Positions 8,497 through 17,533 of a DNA stretch of 64,000 nucleotides are shown here, piece after piece. The notes beneath the pieces were generated by a model. That model was given only the letters and a program-made list of their open reading frames with translations, had not been told where the DNA came from and did no database searches. Made by a program: the position numbers and the translations under genes. Numbering within the stretch: the stretch's first letter is position 1; each line of letters starts with the position of its first letter. The stretch comes from Chloroflexota bacterium (GTDB taxonomy: Bacteria; Chloroflexota; Dehalococcoidia; Bin125), in NCBI GenBank assembly GCA_028873865.1, contig JAPPNI010000015.1:211294-275293 (forward strand), given 5' to 3'.

Positions 8497-9983
8497 GAGC
8501 GGTCTTGGCGTGTTGGCGCAGGGTCGGGCGTCGGGCCGGGCACCGGGGAGGTTCCATTGCCGTTGGCGTGGGGCTCGACGCCATTTGTGGGGATTCCACG
8601 TGTGGGGACGCCGTTTGCGTGGACGCCGATGGTGGTTCCGTCGGGGGCGACGGCGATGGCCTGGGCCACAGCCTGGGGCGCGGGGCGGAGGCTGATGCGG
8701 CGGAGCACGTCGGCCTGGTCGCGGCGGTGGGAGCGCCGCCAGATGATGAGGAAGGCGACTCCGAAGGTGAGCACGACGCCGATCGAGAGTCCGTAGGCGA
8801 AGCGGAAGTCGATGACATCGGCGGAGGCGGAGATCAGCGGCACGATGACGGCCATCTGGGCGGCCATCATCAGCTCGAAGATGGAGAGGACGGTGGCGCG
8901 CTGGTCGGAGCGGATGCGTCGGTTGATGTAGCCGGTGGCGATGGGTCGGATGGCGGCGTGGATGCCTCCGAGGATGGCGATGGGGGCGACGATGCTGATG
9001 TGGTTGAAGATGAGCAGGGGGATGAAGAGGAAGGCGCCGCCGAACATCAGGAGGGGGATGGCGCGGCGCTCGCCGACGCGGGCGACGAAGGGGGCGGCGA
9101 GCAATGAGCCGGCAGACATGGCGGCGAAGCCGGGGACGATCAGCGCGCTCCAGGTTGCGCCGTCGAGCAGTCCGCCGGAGGGGTTGAGGCCGTGGCTGCG
9201 GAGGAAGGGCTGGACGAAGAAGTTGGGCATCTCGTAGGCGACGGTGACGATGCCGGCGAGGACGATGATCCAGAGAATCGGGCGCTGGCGCAGGACGATG
9301 CGGAAGCCTTCCAAGACGTAGCCGAGCACGCCCTGGGAGTTGTCGTCATGCGCGTCGGCGGCGGAGACGGGCGCGGCGTGGAGACCGTCGGGACCGAATT
9401 CTTCCTCGGTGCGCGGCGGCTCGCGCAGGAGGAGTGCAACGAATCCGGCGGTGGCCATGGTGCCGGCGCCGATGAGGAAGACCGTCTCGAGTCCCCAGAG
9501 GCCGGCCATCGGCCCGCCGAAGAGGGCCGCGCCGAGCAGCGCGCCGGTCATCAGGGCCTCGGAGCGGCCCATGTGCTTCTCGTACTCGCGGGTGCGGCCG
9601 AGGACGCGCAGGCTGTCGAAGAGGAGGGCGTGTCCGGAGCCGGAGTAGAGGGTCATGGAGGTGGCCATGACGACGTAGCTGATGGCGAGCCCGACGAAGC
9701 CGTCGGCGAGGACGAACATGGTTGTGCCCGCGGTGAAGATGAAGCCGCCGAGGGCGAGCGAAGTGCGTCGACCGAAGCGGTCGGCGATGGCGCCGGTGGG
9801 GACCTCGAAGAGCATCATGGAGACCCAGAAAACGCCCTCCATGAGACCGACCTGGGTGAGGGAGAGGCCGCGCTCGTCCTGGAGGAAGATGATCCAGACG
9901 GGCACCCAGATCAGGAATCCAGTGGCGAACTGGAAGAGGTAGTAGATGGGGATATTGCGCGCGTAGCGTTCAGGATGGGTCAT
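8493..9983 (-). CDS. MFS transporter (paralog 2 of 3) with Asn-Gly/Pro-rich C-terminal tail
   Basis: NIPIYYLFQF...EVPTGAIADRFGRR, strongly similar to paralogs 1 and 3. ATG at 9983. Confidence 0.85.
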   Translation of the reverse strand: MTHPERYARNIPIYYLFQFATGFLIWVPVWIIFLQDERGLSLTQVGLMEGVFWVSMMLFEVPTGAIADRFGRRTSLALGGFIFTAGTTMFVLADGFVGLAISYVVMATSMTLYSGSGHALLFDSLRVLGRTREYEKHMGRSEALMTGALLGAALFGGPMAGLWGLETVFLIGAGTMATAGFVALLLREPPRTEEEFGPDGLHAAPVSAADAHDDNSQGVLGYVLEGFRIVLRQRPILWIIVLAGIVTVAYEMPNFFVQPFLRSHGLNPSGGLLDGATWSALIVPGFAAMSAGSLLAAPFVARVGERRAIPLLMFGGAFLFIPLLIFNHISIVAPIAILGGIHAAIRPIATGYINRRIRSDQRATVLSIFELMMAAQMAVIVPLISASADVIDFRFAYGLSIGVVLTFGVAFLIIWRRSHRRDQADVLRRISLRPAPQAVAQAIAVAPDGTTIGVHANGVPTRGIPTNGVEPHANGNGTSPVPGPTPDPAPTRQDRS

Positions 9984-10069
9984 GGGACTGGGTCGGCTGA
10001 GGGAACCGGTTACTTCCGACCGGCAACGCGATCAATCGTAGGGAAACTGCGGACGCCGGCGCTTGCCGA

Positions 10070-11560
10070 TCAGTCGAGATTCTGCACATTGGGGTACAGA
10101 GCGGAGCCGTCTCCGTTGCGTCCATTGCGGCCGTTCGGGTCAGGCGGTTGCAGCGCCTGGGGCCTAGACTGAGGCGCCTGCGGCTTGGGCACGGAGATGG
10201 ACCATCGGCGGATGCGCTCGGTCTGGTCGCGTCGGTGGGCGAGATGCCAGAGCAGCCAGAGGCCGGCGCCCAGGGTGACCACGGCGAGGAAGGCGATGCC
10301 GAAGGCGACCGGGAAGGAGATCAGATCGGCGGCGGGCAGGATGGCGAGTACGGCGATGCTCATCGCGCCGCCGTGCACGAGCGAGAAGATAGAGAGCACG
10401 GTGGCCCGCTGATTGGAGGTGATGCGGCGGTTGATGTAGCCGTTGGTGATCGGCCGGATGGCCGCCTGGGCGATGCTGACCATGAAGATCGCGCCCAAGA
10501 GACCGAGGTGATTCCAGATGGCGAGGGGGATGAGACAGACCGAGCCGTAGACGAGGATGGCCGGGAAGGAGCGGCGCTCGCCGAGGCGGGCGATGAGACG
10601 CGCCGCGACGAGCATGCCGAGGACGGTTCCGATCTGGCCGGGGATCAGCAGGGCGGACCAGACGAATCCGTCGACCGCGCCGTCCAGCGGGTTGAGACCG
10701 TGCTGGGCGACGTAGGGCTGAGCCATGAAGTGAGGCAGACCGAACAGGGTCGTGGTGATCGCGGCGAACGGGATCAGGTAGCGAATCGGCCGGTTGCGCC
10801 AGACGACGCCGAAGCCGCGCGTCATTTCCTGGAGGATCGGTACGCCGCTGGCCTCGTGCTGTGCGATGTCGGAGGCGGTGTGGCGCACGTTGGCGGGCGC
10901 CGCGTGAAGGGGATCGGGGGGGAAGTCCGACTCCCGGCGCGGCGGCTCGCGCAGGAGCATCGCGGCCACGGCGGATGCGAGGAAGAGGGCAGAGGACACG
11001 AGGATCGTCGCGGTGTAGCCCAGCAGATAGGCCGCCGGACCGCCGACGGCCGTGGCGAGGACCATCGCCGCGAAGAACAGGCCATGGGCCCGGCCGGCGT
11101 GACGCTCGTACTCTCCGGTTCGCCTCAACACGCGCAGCGTGTCGTAGAGCAAGGCGTCGCCCGCGCCCGAGTAGAGCGTCATCCCGAGCCCCATGACGAG
11201 GTAGGAACCGAGCAAGAGGGAGAAGCCGTCGGCGAGGGAGAAGATCACCGTGGAGATGGCGAACAGGATCGCGCCGAGGGCCAGTGAGATGCGTCGGCCG
11301 AAGCGATCGGCGACCGCGCCGGTGGGCACCTCGGCGATGATCACGGTGAGCCAGAAGAACGATTCGATGACGCCGACCTCGGTCAGTGAGAGGCCGCGAC
11401 CGTCCATGAGGTAGATGATCCAGACCGGCAGAAAGATCATGAAGCCGGTCGAGGCCATGAACAGGTAGTAGACGCGGATGTTGCGTTGGAAGAGCCGGGG
11501 GTCCAGCCGGGTCAGAGCGGAGGGAGTGGCGGAAGCAGAGTCGGAAGCGGGGGCGGACAT
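10070..11560 (-). CDS. MFS transporter (paralog 3 of 3) with NGRNGRNG C-terminal tail
   Basis: Start set at the internal ATG (MSAPASD). The upstream part of ORF 10070..11713 is Arg-rich noise. EVPTGAVADRFGRR motif present. Confidence 0.8.
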   Translation of the reverse strand: MSAPASDSASATPSALTRLDPRLFQRNIRVYYLFMASTGFMIFLPVWIIYLMDGRGLSLTEVGVIESFFWLTVIIAEVPTGAVADRFGRRISLALGAILFAISTVIFSLADGFSLLLGSYLVMGLGMTLYSGAGDALLYDTLRVLRRTGEYERHAGRAHGLFFAAMVLATAVGGPAAYLLGYTATILVSSALFLASAVAAMLLREPPRRESDFPPDPLHAAPANVRHTASDIAQHEASGVPILQEMTRGFGVVWRNRPIRYLIPFAAITTTLFGLPHFMAQPYVAQHGLNPLDGAVDGFVWSALLIPGQIGTVLGMLVAARLIARLGERRSFPAILVYGSVCLIPLAIWNHLGLLGAIFMVSIAQAAIRPITNGYINRRITSNQRATVLSIFSLVHGGAMSIAVLAILPAADLISFPVAFGIAFLAVVTLGAGLWLLWHLAHRRDQTERIRRWSISVPKPQAPQSRPQALQPPDPNGRNGRNGDGSALYPNVQNLD

Positions 11561-11600
11561 ACCTGAACAATGTACGGCGGAGGCGGCAGGCCTGTCTGCG

Positions 11601-12332
11601 TCAGCCGCGACGCCGGCCCAGCGGTTGACGCCGGATCCGGTTCCACGAGCGTGGATATGTCGTGTCCGTCTCGCGAATCTTGGTCGCGACGAGGATGTCG
11701 GGCGGCGGATCAATCGGCGTCGGCTCAGCGCCCAGTTCTCCGAGGGCGAGCGCGACCGCCTCGTTCTCAGCGGGGGAGAGTTCGCCGGTCCATGCCGCAG
11801 CGATCCCCCCGACCTGGAGGAAGGGGACGCTCAGTTCCAAGGCAACGGTGGGCGCGGCTGCCGCCCGGGTGACGGAGAGGGCGAAGCGACCGCGGAGCTC
11901 GGAGTGGGCGGCCTGTTCCGCCCGCTGCTGGAGGACATTGATCTGCGGGGAGTCGATCTGCTCCAGGACCTGTTGGAGGAAGCGAGACGCGCCCCGTCGG
12001 GAGTCGAGGAGCGTGGTCTTACGCTTCGGCTCACAGATGGCCAAGGGAAGGCCCGGGGCGCCGTTGCCGCTGCCGACGTCGATGAGCGGGCCGTGGGGGA
12101 TCGGCAGATCTGCGGCGATGAGACGATGACGTCCCGATAGCGGCTCGATCACGTGCTTGCGGATGGCGGCTTCGGGGTCGCGGACGGCGGTGAGATTGCG
12201 CGGCGCGGCGAGCAACAGGTTGAGCCAAGCGGCGAGTTGTGCGGTCAGGCGGGGATTGAGATCCTGCACATAACTCAGCCCCGCGTCGCTCAATGCGGCT
12301 CGGATCTGGCGCTCGTCTATCAGGTACCGCAT
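11601..12332 (-). CDS. rsmG: 16S rRNA (guanine527-N7)-methyltransferase RsmG/GidB
   Basis: LIDVGSGNGAPGLPLAI SAM-binding motif. Start at internal ATG 12332 (MRYLIDERQ). The upstream part of the ORF is Ser/Arg-rich noise. Confidence 0.85.
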   Translation of the reverse strand: MRYLIDERQIRAALSDAGLSYVQDLNPRLTAQLAAWLNLLLAAPRNLTAVRDPEAAIRKHVIEPLSGRHRLIAADLPIPHGPLIDVGSGNGAPGLPLAICEPKRKTTLLDSRRGASRFLQQVLEQIDSPQINVLQQRAEQAAHSELRGRFALSVTRAAAAPTVALELSVPFLQVGGIAAAWTGELSPAENEAVALALGELGAEPTPIDPPPDILVATKIRETDTTYPRSWNRIRRQPLGRRRG

Positions 12333-12459
12333 CGACAAGGGAGTAGGATAGGGGTATCGGAGCCGGGGAACGCTCTGTCCGTGGAGCGTGTCTTTCGCGA
12401 TCATGGCTGTGCCGGCGAGCAGAACGGCCCGAGAGCTGCTCGATAGTTGGAGACGACCG

Positions 12460-13491
12460 ATGGCATTCTTTGACGACGAACAGACAACCGACACGCTGAC
12501 CGAAGCGGCGGATGATGTGGTCGAGGGCGACACCGAGTTTTTCGACGAACCTAGTGCGGGCGATGACCCTGACGAGGGAGGAGCGCCGCCGCCGTCGTTG
12601 ACGCTGGACCTGGCGGTGATGGAGTACTTCACCTGGGAAGAGGGGCGCGAGGCCAAGCGCTCGCGGCGCAAGGCGCCCGACAATCCGCGGTCGCGGCGAG
12701 GCACGTTCGTGCTCGATGAGCCGGCCCGCGAAGCGGTCACGCGTTTTCTCTGGCACTTTGGACCGAGCACGCCGATCTCGGAGTTGTCGCCGAAGTCGAT
12801 GGAGGGTTTCCAGGAGACGGTGGGGACGAACACGATGGATCTGGCGTCTCGGCTGCAGCCGGTGAAGGAGTTCCTGCGCTATTGCTGGAAGCAGGAATAC
12901 ACCGTGACGGTCGACGCCGACGGCAATGCCAGCGCTCAGAACCTGGGCAATTTTCTGCGGATCAAGCGGCCGACATCGGTTGTGCGGGACGCTTCCCGGT
13001 TCCAACACGAGCAGGCGCAGACGTTCGAGATGACGGCCGACGGGCTTGAGTCGCTGCACGAAGAGCTGGGACAGCTGAACGCGGAGATGCCCGAGGCGGT
13101 GCAGGCGGTCGCTGCGGCGCGGGAGGACAAGGACATCCGCGAGAATGCTCCGCTGGAAGCAGCGCGGGAGTATCAGGAACGTCTGAAGTCGCGGATCGAC
13201 GAGCTTGAGTACCAGATTGCCCACGCGGTGGTTCGCGAGGAGCGGGCGACCGGCCGGGCGAAGCTGGGCAGCCGGGTCTCGGTGGTCGAAGTGGGCGATG
13301 ACGGCGCGCATCTGGGCGAGGCCAGAGAGTACACTCTGGTAGGAACCACAGAAGCGAACGCAGCGGCGCGGCGAATCTCGGTCGAGAGCCCGCTGGGCCG
13401 CGGACTGCTTGACCAACCTGCCGATCGGCAGATTGAAATTCAGGCCCCAAGCGGTCGTAAACGGTTCCGCCTGCTCGCGGTCAAGGGCTAG
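12460..13491 (+). CDS. GreA/GreB-family domain protein with about 190-aa acidic N-terminal extension
   Basis: C-terminal coiled-coil plus FKBP-like Gre C-domain (VSVVEVGDDG...YTLVG...SPLGRGLL). GGAG sits 8 nt upstream of ATG 12460. Confidence 0.6.
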   Translation: MAFFDDEQTTDTLTEAADDVVEGDTEFFDEPSAGDDPDEGGAPPPSLTLDLAVMEYFTWEEGREAKRSRRKAPDNPRSRRGTFVLDEPAREAVTRFLWHFGPSTPISELSPKSMEGFQETVGTNTMDLASRLQPVKEFLRYCWKQEYTVTVDADGNASAQNLGNFLRIKRPTSVVRDASRFQHEQAQTFEMTADGLESLHEELGQLNAEMPEAVQAVAAAREDKDIRENAPLEAAREYQERLKSRIDELEYQIAHAVVREERATGRAKLGSRVSVVEVGDDGAHLGEAREYTLVGTTEANAAARRISVESPLGRGLLDQPADRQIEIQAPSGRKRFRLLAVKG

Positions 13492-13608
13492 CCGGAACCG
13501 ACCGGTCAGCAACCAGAGCGAGACAACCAACGAGCGAGATGCTCCGCGCCCCGCGCGCACCGGGTCGCGGCGAACATCCACTTCTTCAGCGTGCGCGCGG
13601 GGAAAGTG

Positions 13609-14784
13609 ATGCCGATGTCCGACATCCCGACCATTGAGTTCACGATCACCAACGACCAGCTCGACACCGGCCTGAGGGGCTACCCGGTCGGCACCTGCGA
13701 AACCAGTTATGTCGATCCGCAGGAAGGTGTGTCATACGTCGGCTACCCGATCGCCGATCTGGCGTTCCTGCCGGCCGAGGACATCATCCATTTGCTGTTC
13801 AACAAGTCGTTGCCGACCGATGCCGAGCGGCAGGCGGTGGCCGATGACATCGCCGAACGCTCCGAGGTGTCCGAGGATGCGCTGGCGGCAATTTCGGCGA
13901 TGCCGATGTCGGGCCATCCGATGGACCTGTTTTGCGCGGGCATCCAGATTCTCGGCATGACCGGCAAAACCGACGACTACTACGAGGACGCGCTCAACCT
14001 CGTCGCACGCATTCCCACCGCGCTGGCGGCGATCTTCCGCAAGCGGGAGGGCTGGGGCGAGTTGATTCCCTCAGAGCCGGCGCGCGGCTACGTGAACAAC
14101 TTCGTCCACATGCTGGGCATGCCCGGCGGCGACGAGGACGCCCTGACGAGACTGCTTTCGGTCTACTACAACCTGCACGCCGACCACGGCGGCGGCAACC
14201 TGTCGACCTTCACGGGCCGCGCAGTGGCCTCGGGGCTGGCCGACATGTACCGCTCGATGGCCTCGGGCATGAACGCGCTGGCCGGACCGCGACACGGGAT
14301 GGCCAACCAGGACGCCTTCAAGATGGTGCGCGAGGTGGACAGCGAGGACCCGGAGCAGGTGTACCAGATCCTGAAGCAGCGGCTGGCCGACGGCGGGCTG
14401 ATTTTCGGCTTCGGACACGCGGTGTTGCGCCAGGAAGATCCGCGGGCCAAGGTGCAGCTCGGCGTCGGGGAAGAACTCTGCCCGGACGACCACTGGTTCA
14501 AGGTCGTCAAGGCGGTGCGCGAGGGCGGTATCCGGGCGCTCAAGGAAAACCCGAGGGTGTCGAATCCGTACCCGAACGTTGATCTGATTTCAGGGAGCCT
14601 GGTTAATGCTCTGGGCTTCTCCGATCCCGACTACTACACGACTCTGTTCGGCTGGTCGCGGATCTCCGGCATCGGAGCGCAGATCGTCGACGAGCGCACG
14701 CGCGCTCGCGGCGGCCGCGGCGTGGCGATCTATCGTCCTCGCTACATCCCGATCAACCAACCCGCTCGCTCGCTCTCGGACTAG
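13609..14784 (+). CDS. citrate synthase family protein (citrate / 2-methylcitrate synthase or citryl-CoA lyase-like)
   Basis: GFGHAVLR signature and HGGGN motif. Start is 13591 (GTG), 13609 or 13615. Confidence 0.85.
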   Translation: MPMSDIPTIEFTITNDQLDTGLRGYPVGTCETSYVDPQEGVSYVGYPIADLAFLPAEDIIHLLFNKSLPTDAERQAVADDIAERSEVSEDALAAISAMPMSGHPMDLFCAGIQILGMTGKTDDYYEDALNLVARIPTALAAIFRKREGWGELIPSEPARGYVNNFVHMLGMPGGDEDALTRLLSVYYNLHADHGGGNLSTFTGRAVASGLADMYRSMASGMNALAGPRHGMANQDAFKMVREVDSEDPEQVYQILKQRLADGGLIFGFGHAVLRQEDPRAKVQLGVGEELCPDDHWFKVVKAVREGGIRALKENPRVSNPYPNVDLISGSLVNALGFSDPDYYTTLFGWSRISGIGAQIVDERTRARGGRGVAIYRPRYIPINQPARSLSD

Positions 14785-14914
14785 ATGCTGCGACGCGAAT
14801 CCTGTGGACGTTGCCCCGGCGGGGGATAGCCTCTGTCGCAGGGCTGGGTTAGGATCGGAGATCGACCGTACGTCCCGCACAGGGAGCGGCTGAGCGAGAG
14901 GCGAACAGACGGCA

Positions 14915-16057
14915 ATGCCCACGCTGGAATCGGCGAGGCAGAAGCGCGCCAGCGTCCTTCAGCAGATCGCTGAGGCGTCGTACGGCTACCCCAACGACGA
15001 GTTCCCCGATCGCGAGATCACGACCAATTTCCCCGAGGAACAGATGGGCGTGCGGGTCAGGTCGGGTGGCTGGCTGTACCCGGACATCGTGGTGACCGAC
15101 GAACCTGGTCACTTCATCGCGATGGCCGCCGATCTGGCGCTGACGCATGAGGTCACCAACGACACGGCGGTCGAGCGCTGGAAGCCGCTATCGCAATCGG
15201 CGCCGCTGATTCTGTATGTGCCGATGGGCCAGAGCGGACGCGCGATCCGCCTGTGCCGGATGAACGGGATCAAGCTGCACAAGCTGATGACGTATCGGCA
15301 GCGTCCGGCGGGTTTCGGGATCGATCTGCAACAGGCCTACAGCGGCCCCGATCTGCTGAAGCCGATCGCCGGGCTGTTGCCTCCGGCGCTCCGACCGATG
15401 GCTTATCGCAACGAACGCAAGGTGATTGCAGACTCGTATCTGCAGCCGCTGCCCGCGGCGCGATCGGGCGACGTGCCGTCGATCGCCGCGCCGGCCGAGC
15501 AGCCGGCGGCGACCCTGGCGCTGCCCTCTGGACTCGACGACGAGCACGGCCACGGCGAGCATGACTCTCCGGAGTCGCATCTGCCGCCGCCGAGCCTGGC
15601 TCCGATCCTGTTCGCCCTGGGCCTGATCGTGATGGCCGCGGGTGCGATTTTCGTTGGTGAGTTGCTCAGCGTGGGGATTACGCTGATCGTCCTCGGGGCT
15701 GCGCGGTGGTACCTGGAGGACATGGGCTATTTCGAGGCCGGCGGGCCGGCGGAGTTCCGTCAGCAGCCGCTTCAGGTGATGCCCGATGTGTCACCGCCAG
15801 AGGGCATTCACATGCCGCCGCCGAGTCTGTCGCCGTTGATTTTCGCGGCCGGGCTGATGATCACCGCGGCCGGCGCGGTCTTCACCGATCAGGTGTTGGG
15901 CGCCGGGGTCACGTTGATCGTGTTTGGCGGCGTTGGCTGGTTCCTGGAGGACATCCAGTACTTCGAGGAACCGGCTCATGACGATCACCACGACGAGCAT
16001 GAGTCTGATGCGCCCCTGATGCATGGCGAGGGCGGCGCTGAACAGAACGCCGGCTAG
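14915..16057 (+). CDS. cox-cluster membrane protein: N-terminal cytoplasmic domain fused to two tandem CtaF/COX4_pro-like (oxidase subunit IV-like) TM modules
   Basis: Internal repeat: ESHLPPPSLAPILFALGLIVMAAGAIF...WYLEDMGYFE and IHMPPPSLSPLIFAAGLMITAAGAVF...WFLEDIQYFEE. Resembles the Bacillus CtaF N-terminus (EHSHFPW...). Sits immediately upstream of ctaC. Confidence 0.6.
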   Translation: MPTLESARQKRASVLQQIAEASYGYPNDEFPDREITTNFPEEQMGVRVRSGGWLYPDIVVTDEPGHFIAMAADLALTHEVTNDTAVERWKPLSQSAPLILYVPMGQSGRAIRLCRMNGIKLHKLMTYRQRPAGFGIDLQQAYSGPDLLKPIAGLLPPALRPMAYRNERKVIADSYLQPLPAARSGDVPSIAAPAEQPAATLALPSGLDDEHGHGEHDSPESHLPPPSLAPILFALGLIVMAAGAIFVGELLSVGITLIVLGAARWYLEDMGYFEAGGPAEFRQQPLQVMPDVSPPEGIHMPPPSLSPLIFAAGLMITAAGAVFTDQVLGAGVTLIVFGGVGWFLEDIQYFEEPAHDDHHDEHESDAPLMHGEGGAEQNAG

Positions 16058-16117
16058 CCGGCGGCCATACGCAGTCATCAAGATCGGGCTGAACCAGGGA
16101 GAGATCGGAGCGGGCGG

Positions 16118-17470
16118 ATGAGGGCATACGTACGGCTATGGCGAACCCGGGTCGGGCGACTGTCGCTGATCATGGGCGCTGCCGCCCTGGCGCTGCTCGT
16201 CTTCTCCGGACTGGCGAGCGCGCAGGTGGCGCTTCCGGAGGCGGTGACCGAGCAGGGCGACTCGATTCGCGCGTTGTACTTCGCGGTCTTCGCAATTGGG
16301 GTGGTCGTCTTCGTGATCGTCGAGGCGATGATTCTCTGGGTCGTGTTCCGCTACAAGCGCAAGTCGGACGACGAGTTGCCTACGCAGGTCGCGCACAATA
16401 CGACGGCGGAGGTTCTCTGGACCGGTATTCCGCTGGTGATTGTGATTGTGCTGTTCATCGTCTCCTTCTTTGTGCTGCAGGACATTCAGGCGGCGGCCGA
16501 TACCGATGAGGATGTGACGGTGGTTGATGTGCAGGGCCGCCAGTGGGCCTGGGCCTTCAACTACGGGGTGCCGCTGGGCACCGAGCTGGCCGAGGGCATT
16601 TCTCCCGACCCGGCTGAGACCGAGATTCACCTCGAGGATCCCTCGCTGGTCGCGCCGTTCATGACGATCAAGATTGGCATTGAGCACATGCGCGTCGTGG
16701 CCCGCACGGGCGACGTCGTCACCGTGGACCGGGCCGTCAACGGCACGGTGCCGATTCGGCACACGGCCGGCAGCCCCATCGAACGCGTCTTCAACGGGAC
16801 CGACACGGTCGCGGAAGGGCGCCTCCAGGCCGCTGACAACACGCCGATCGTGACGGTCCCCGTGGGCCAGATGATCCGCTTCAACATCGCTTCGGCGGAC
16901 GTGCTGCACGCGTTCTACACGCCGCAGTTCCTGACCAAGCTGGACGCGGTCCCGGGCCGGGTGCAGACGCTCTGGGTGCGGATTACCGACGCGGGCGACT
17001 TCATGAGTCAGTGCGCCGAGTTCTGCGGCCGCGATCACGCCCGCATGATCTACACCGTGCGAGCCCTGTCGGAGGGCGACTACCAGGCGTGGTTCGAGGA
17101 CAAGGCAGGCGAAGCTCCGGCGCCGGTCGAGGGCGACTTCGGCGGCGAGGAGGAGGTCCCGCAGCAGGAAGGCGCGGTCGGCAACCCGGCCAACGGCCAG
17201 GCGCTGTTCTTCGAGATGGGCTGCAACGTCTGCCACGGCGACCTGGGCGAGGGTCTGGTCGGCCCGACGATCGCGATGACGGTCGTCCCGCTGGACCGGG
17301 TGATCACGCAATATCGTGAACCGCTTGAGGCGATGACCGAGTTCCCGCCCGATCAGGTTTCGGACGAAGAGATCGCCGACATCTACGCCTGGCTGCAAAC
17401 GGTCCCGCGACCGCCCGAGGCAGACGTCATTCCAAGCAAACTGGCAGAACTGATCGAGGCCGGCGGCTAG
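16118..17470 (+). CDS. ctaC: cytochrome c oxidase subunit II with C-terminal cytochrome c domain (caa3-type)
   Basis: CuA ligands HAFY..CAEFCGRDHARM. CNVCHGD heme-c site. Signal peptide plus 2 TM. Confidence 0.9.
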   Translation: MRAYVRLWRTRVGRLSLIMGAAALALLVFSGLASAQVALPEAVTEQGDSIRALYFAVFAIGVVVFVIVEAMILWVVFRYKRKSDDELPTQVAHNTTAEVLWTGIPLVIVIVLFIVSFFVLQDIQAAADTDEDVTVVDVQGRQWAWAFNYGVPLGTELAEGISPDPAETEIHLEDPSLVAPFMTIKIGIEHMRVVARTGDVVTVDRAVNGTVPIRHTAGSPIERVFNGTDTVAEGRLQAADNTPIVTVPVGQMIRFNIASADVLHAFYTPQFLTKLDAVPGRVQTLWVRITDAGDFMSQCAEFCGRDHARMIYTVRALSEGDYQAWFEDKAGEAPAPVEGDFGGEEEVPQQEGAVGNPANGQALFFEMGCNVCHGDLGEGLVGPTIAMTVVPLDRVITQYREPLEAMTEFPPDQVSDEEIADIYAWLQTVPRPPEADVIPSKLAELIEAGG

Positions 17471-17533
17471 CCCCGCCAACGGCGCGACGGAACTCTACGG
17501 AGAACCGGGGAACACGCAGAGGGAGGCGACACG

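Noticed and set aside
8441-8695. Short Arg/Gly-rich ORFs (e.g. 8441..8695, 6166..6393, 28101..28448) scattered inside genes
   Set aside because: Alternative-frame artefacts inside confidently called genes. Composition is dominated by GC-rich codons.
10164-11570. 468-aa alternative-frame minus ORF and 379-aa plus ORF 10148..11287 overlapping MFS paralog 3
   Set aside because: Both are Arg/Gly/Asp-rich frame artefacts. The MFS frame has a 12-TM profile and the family motif.
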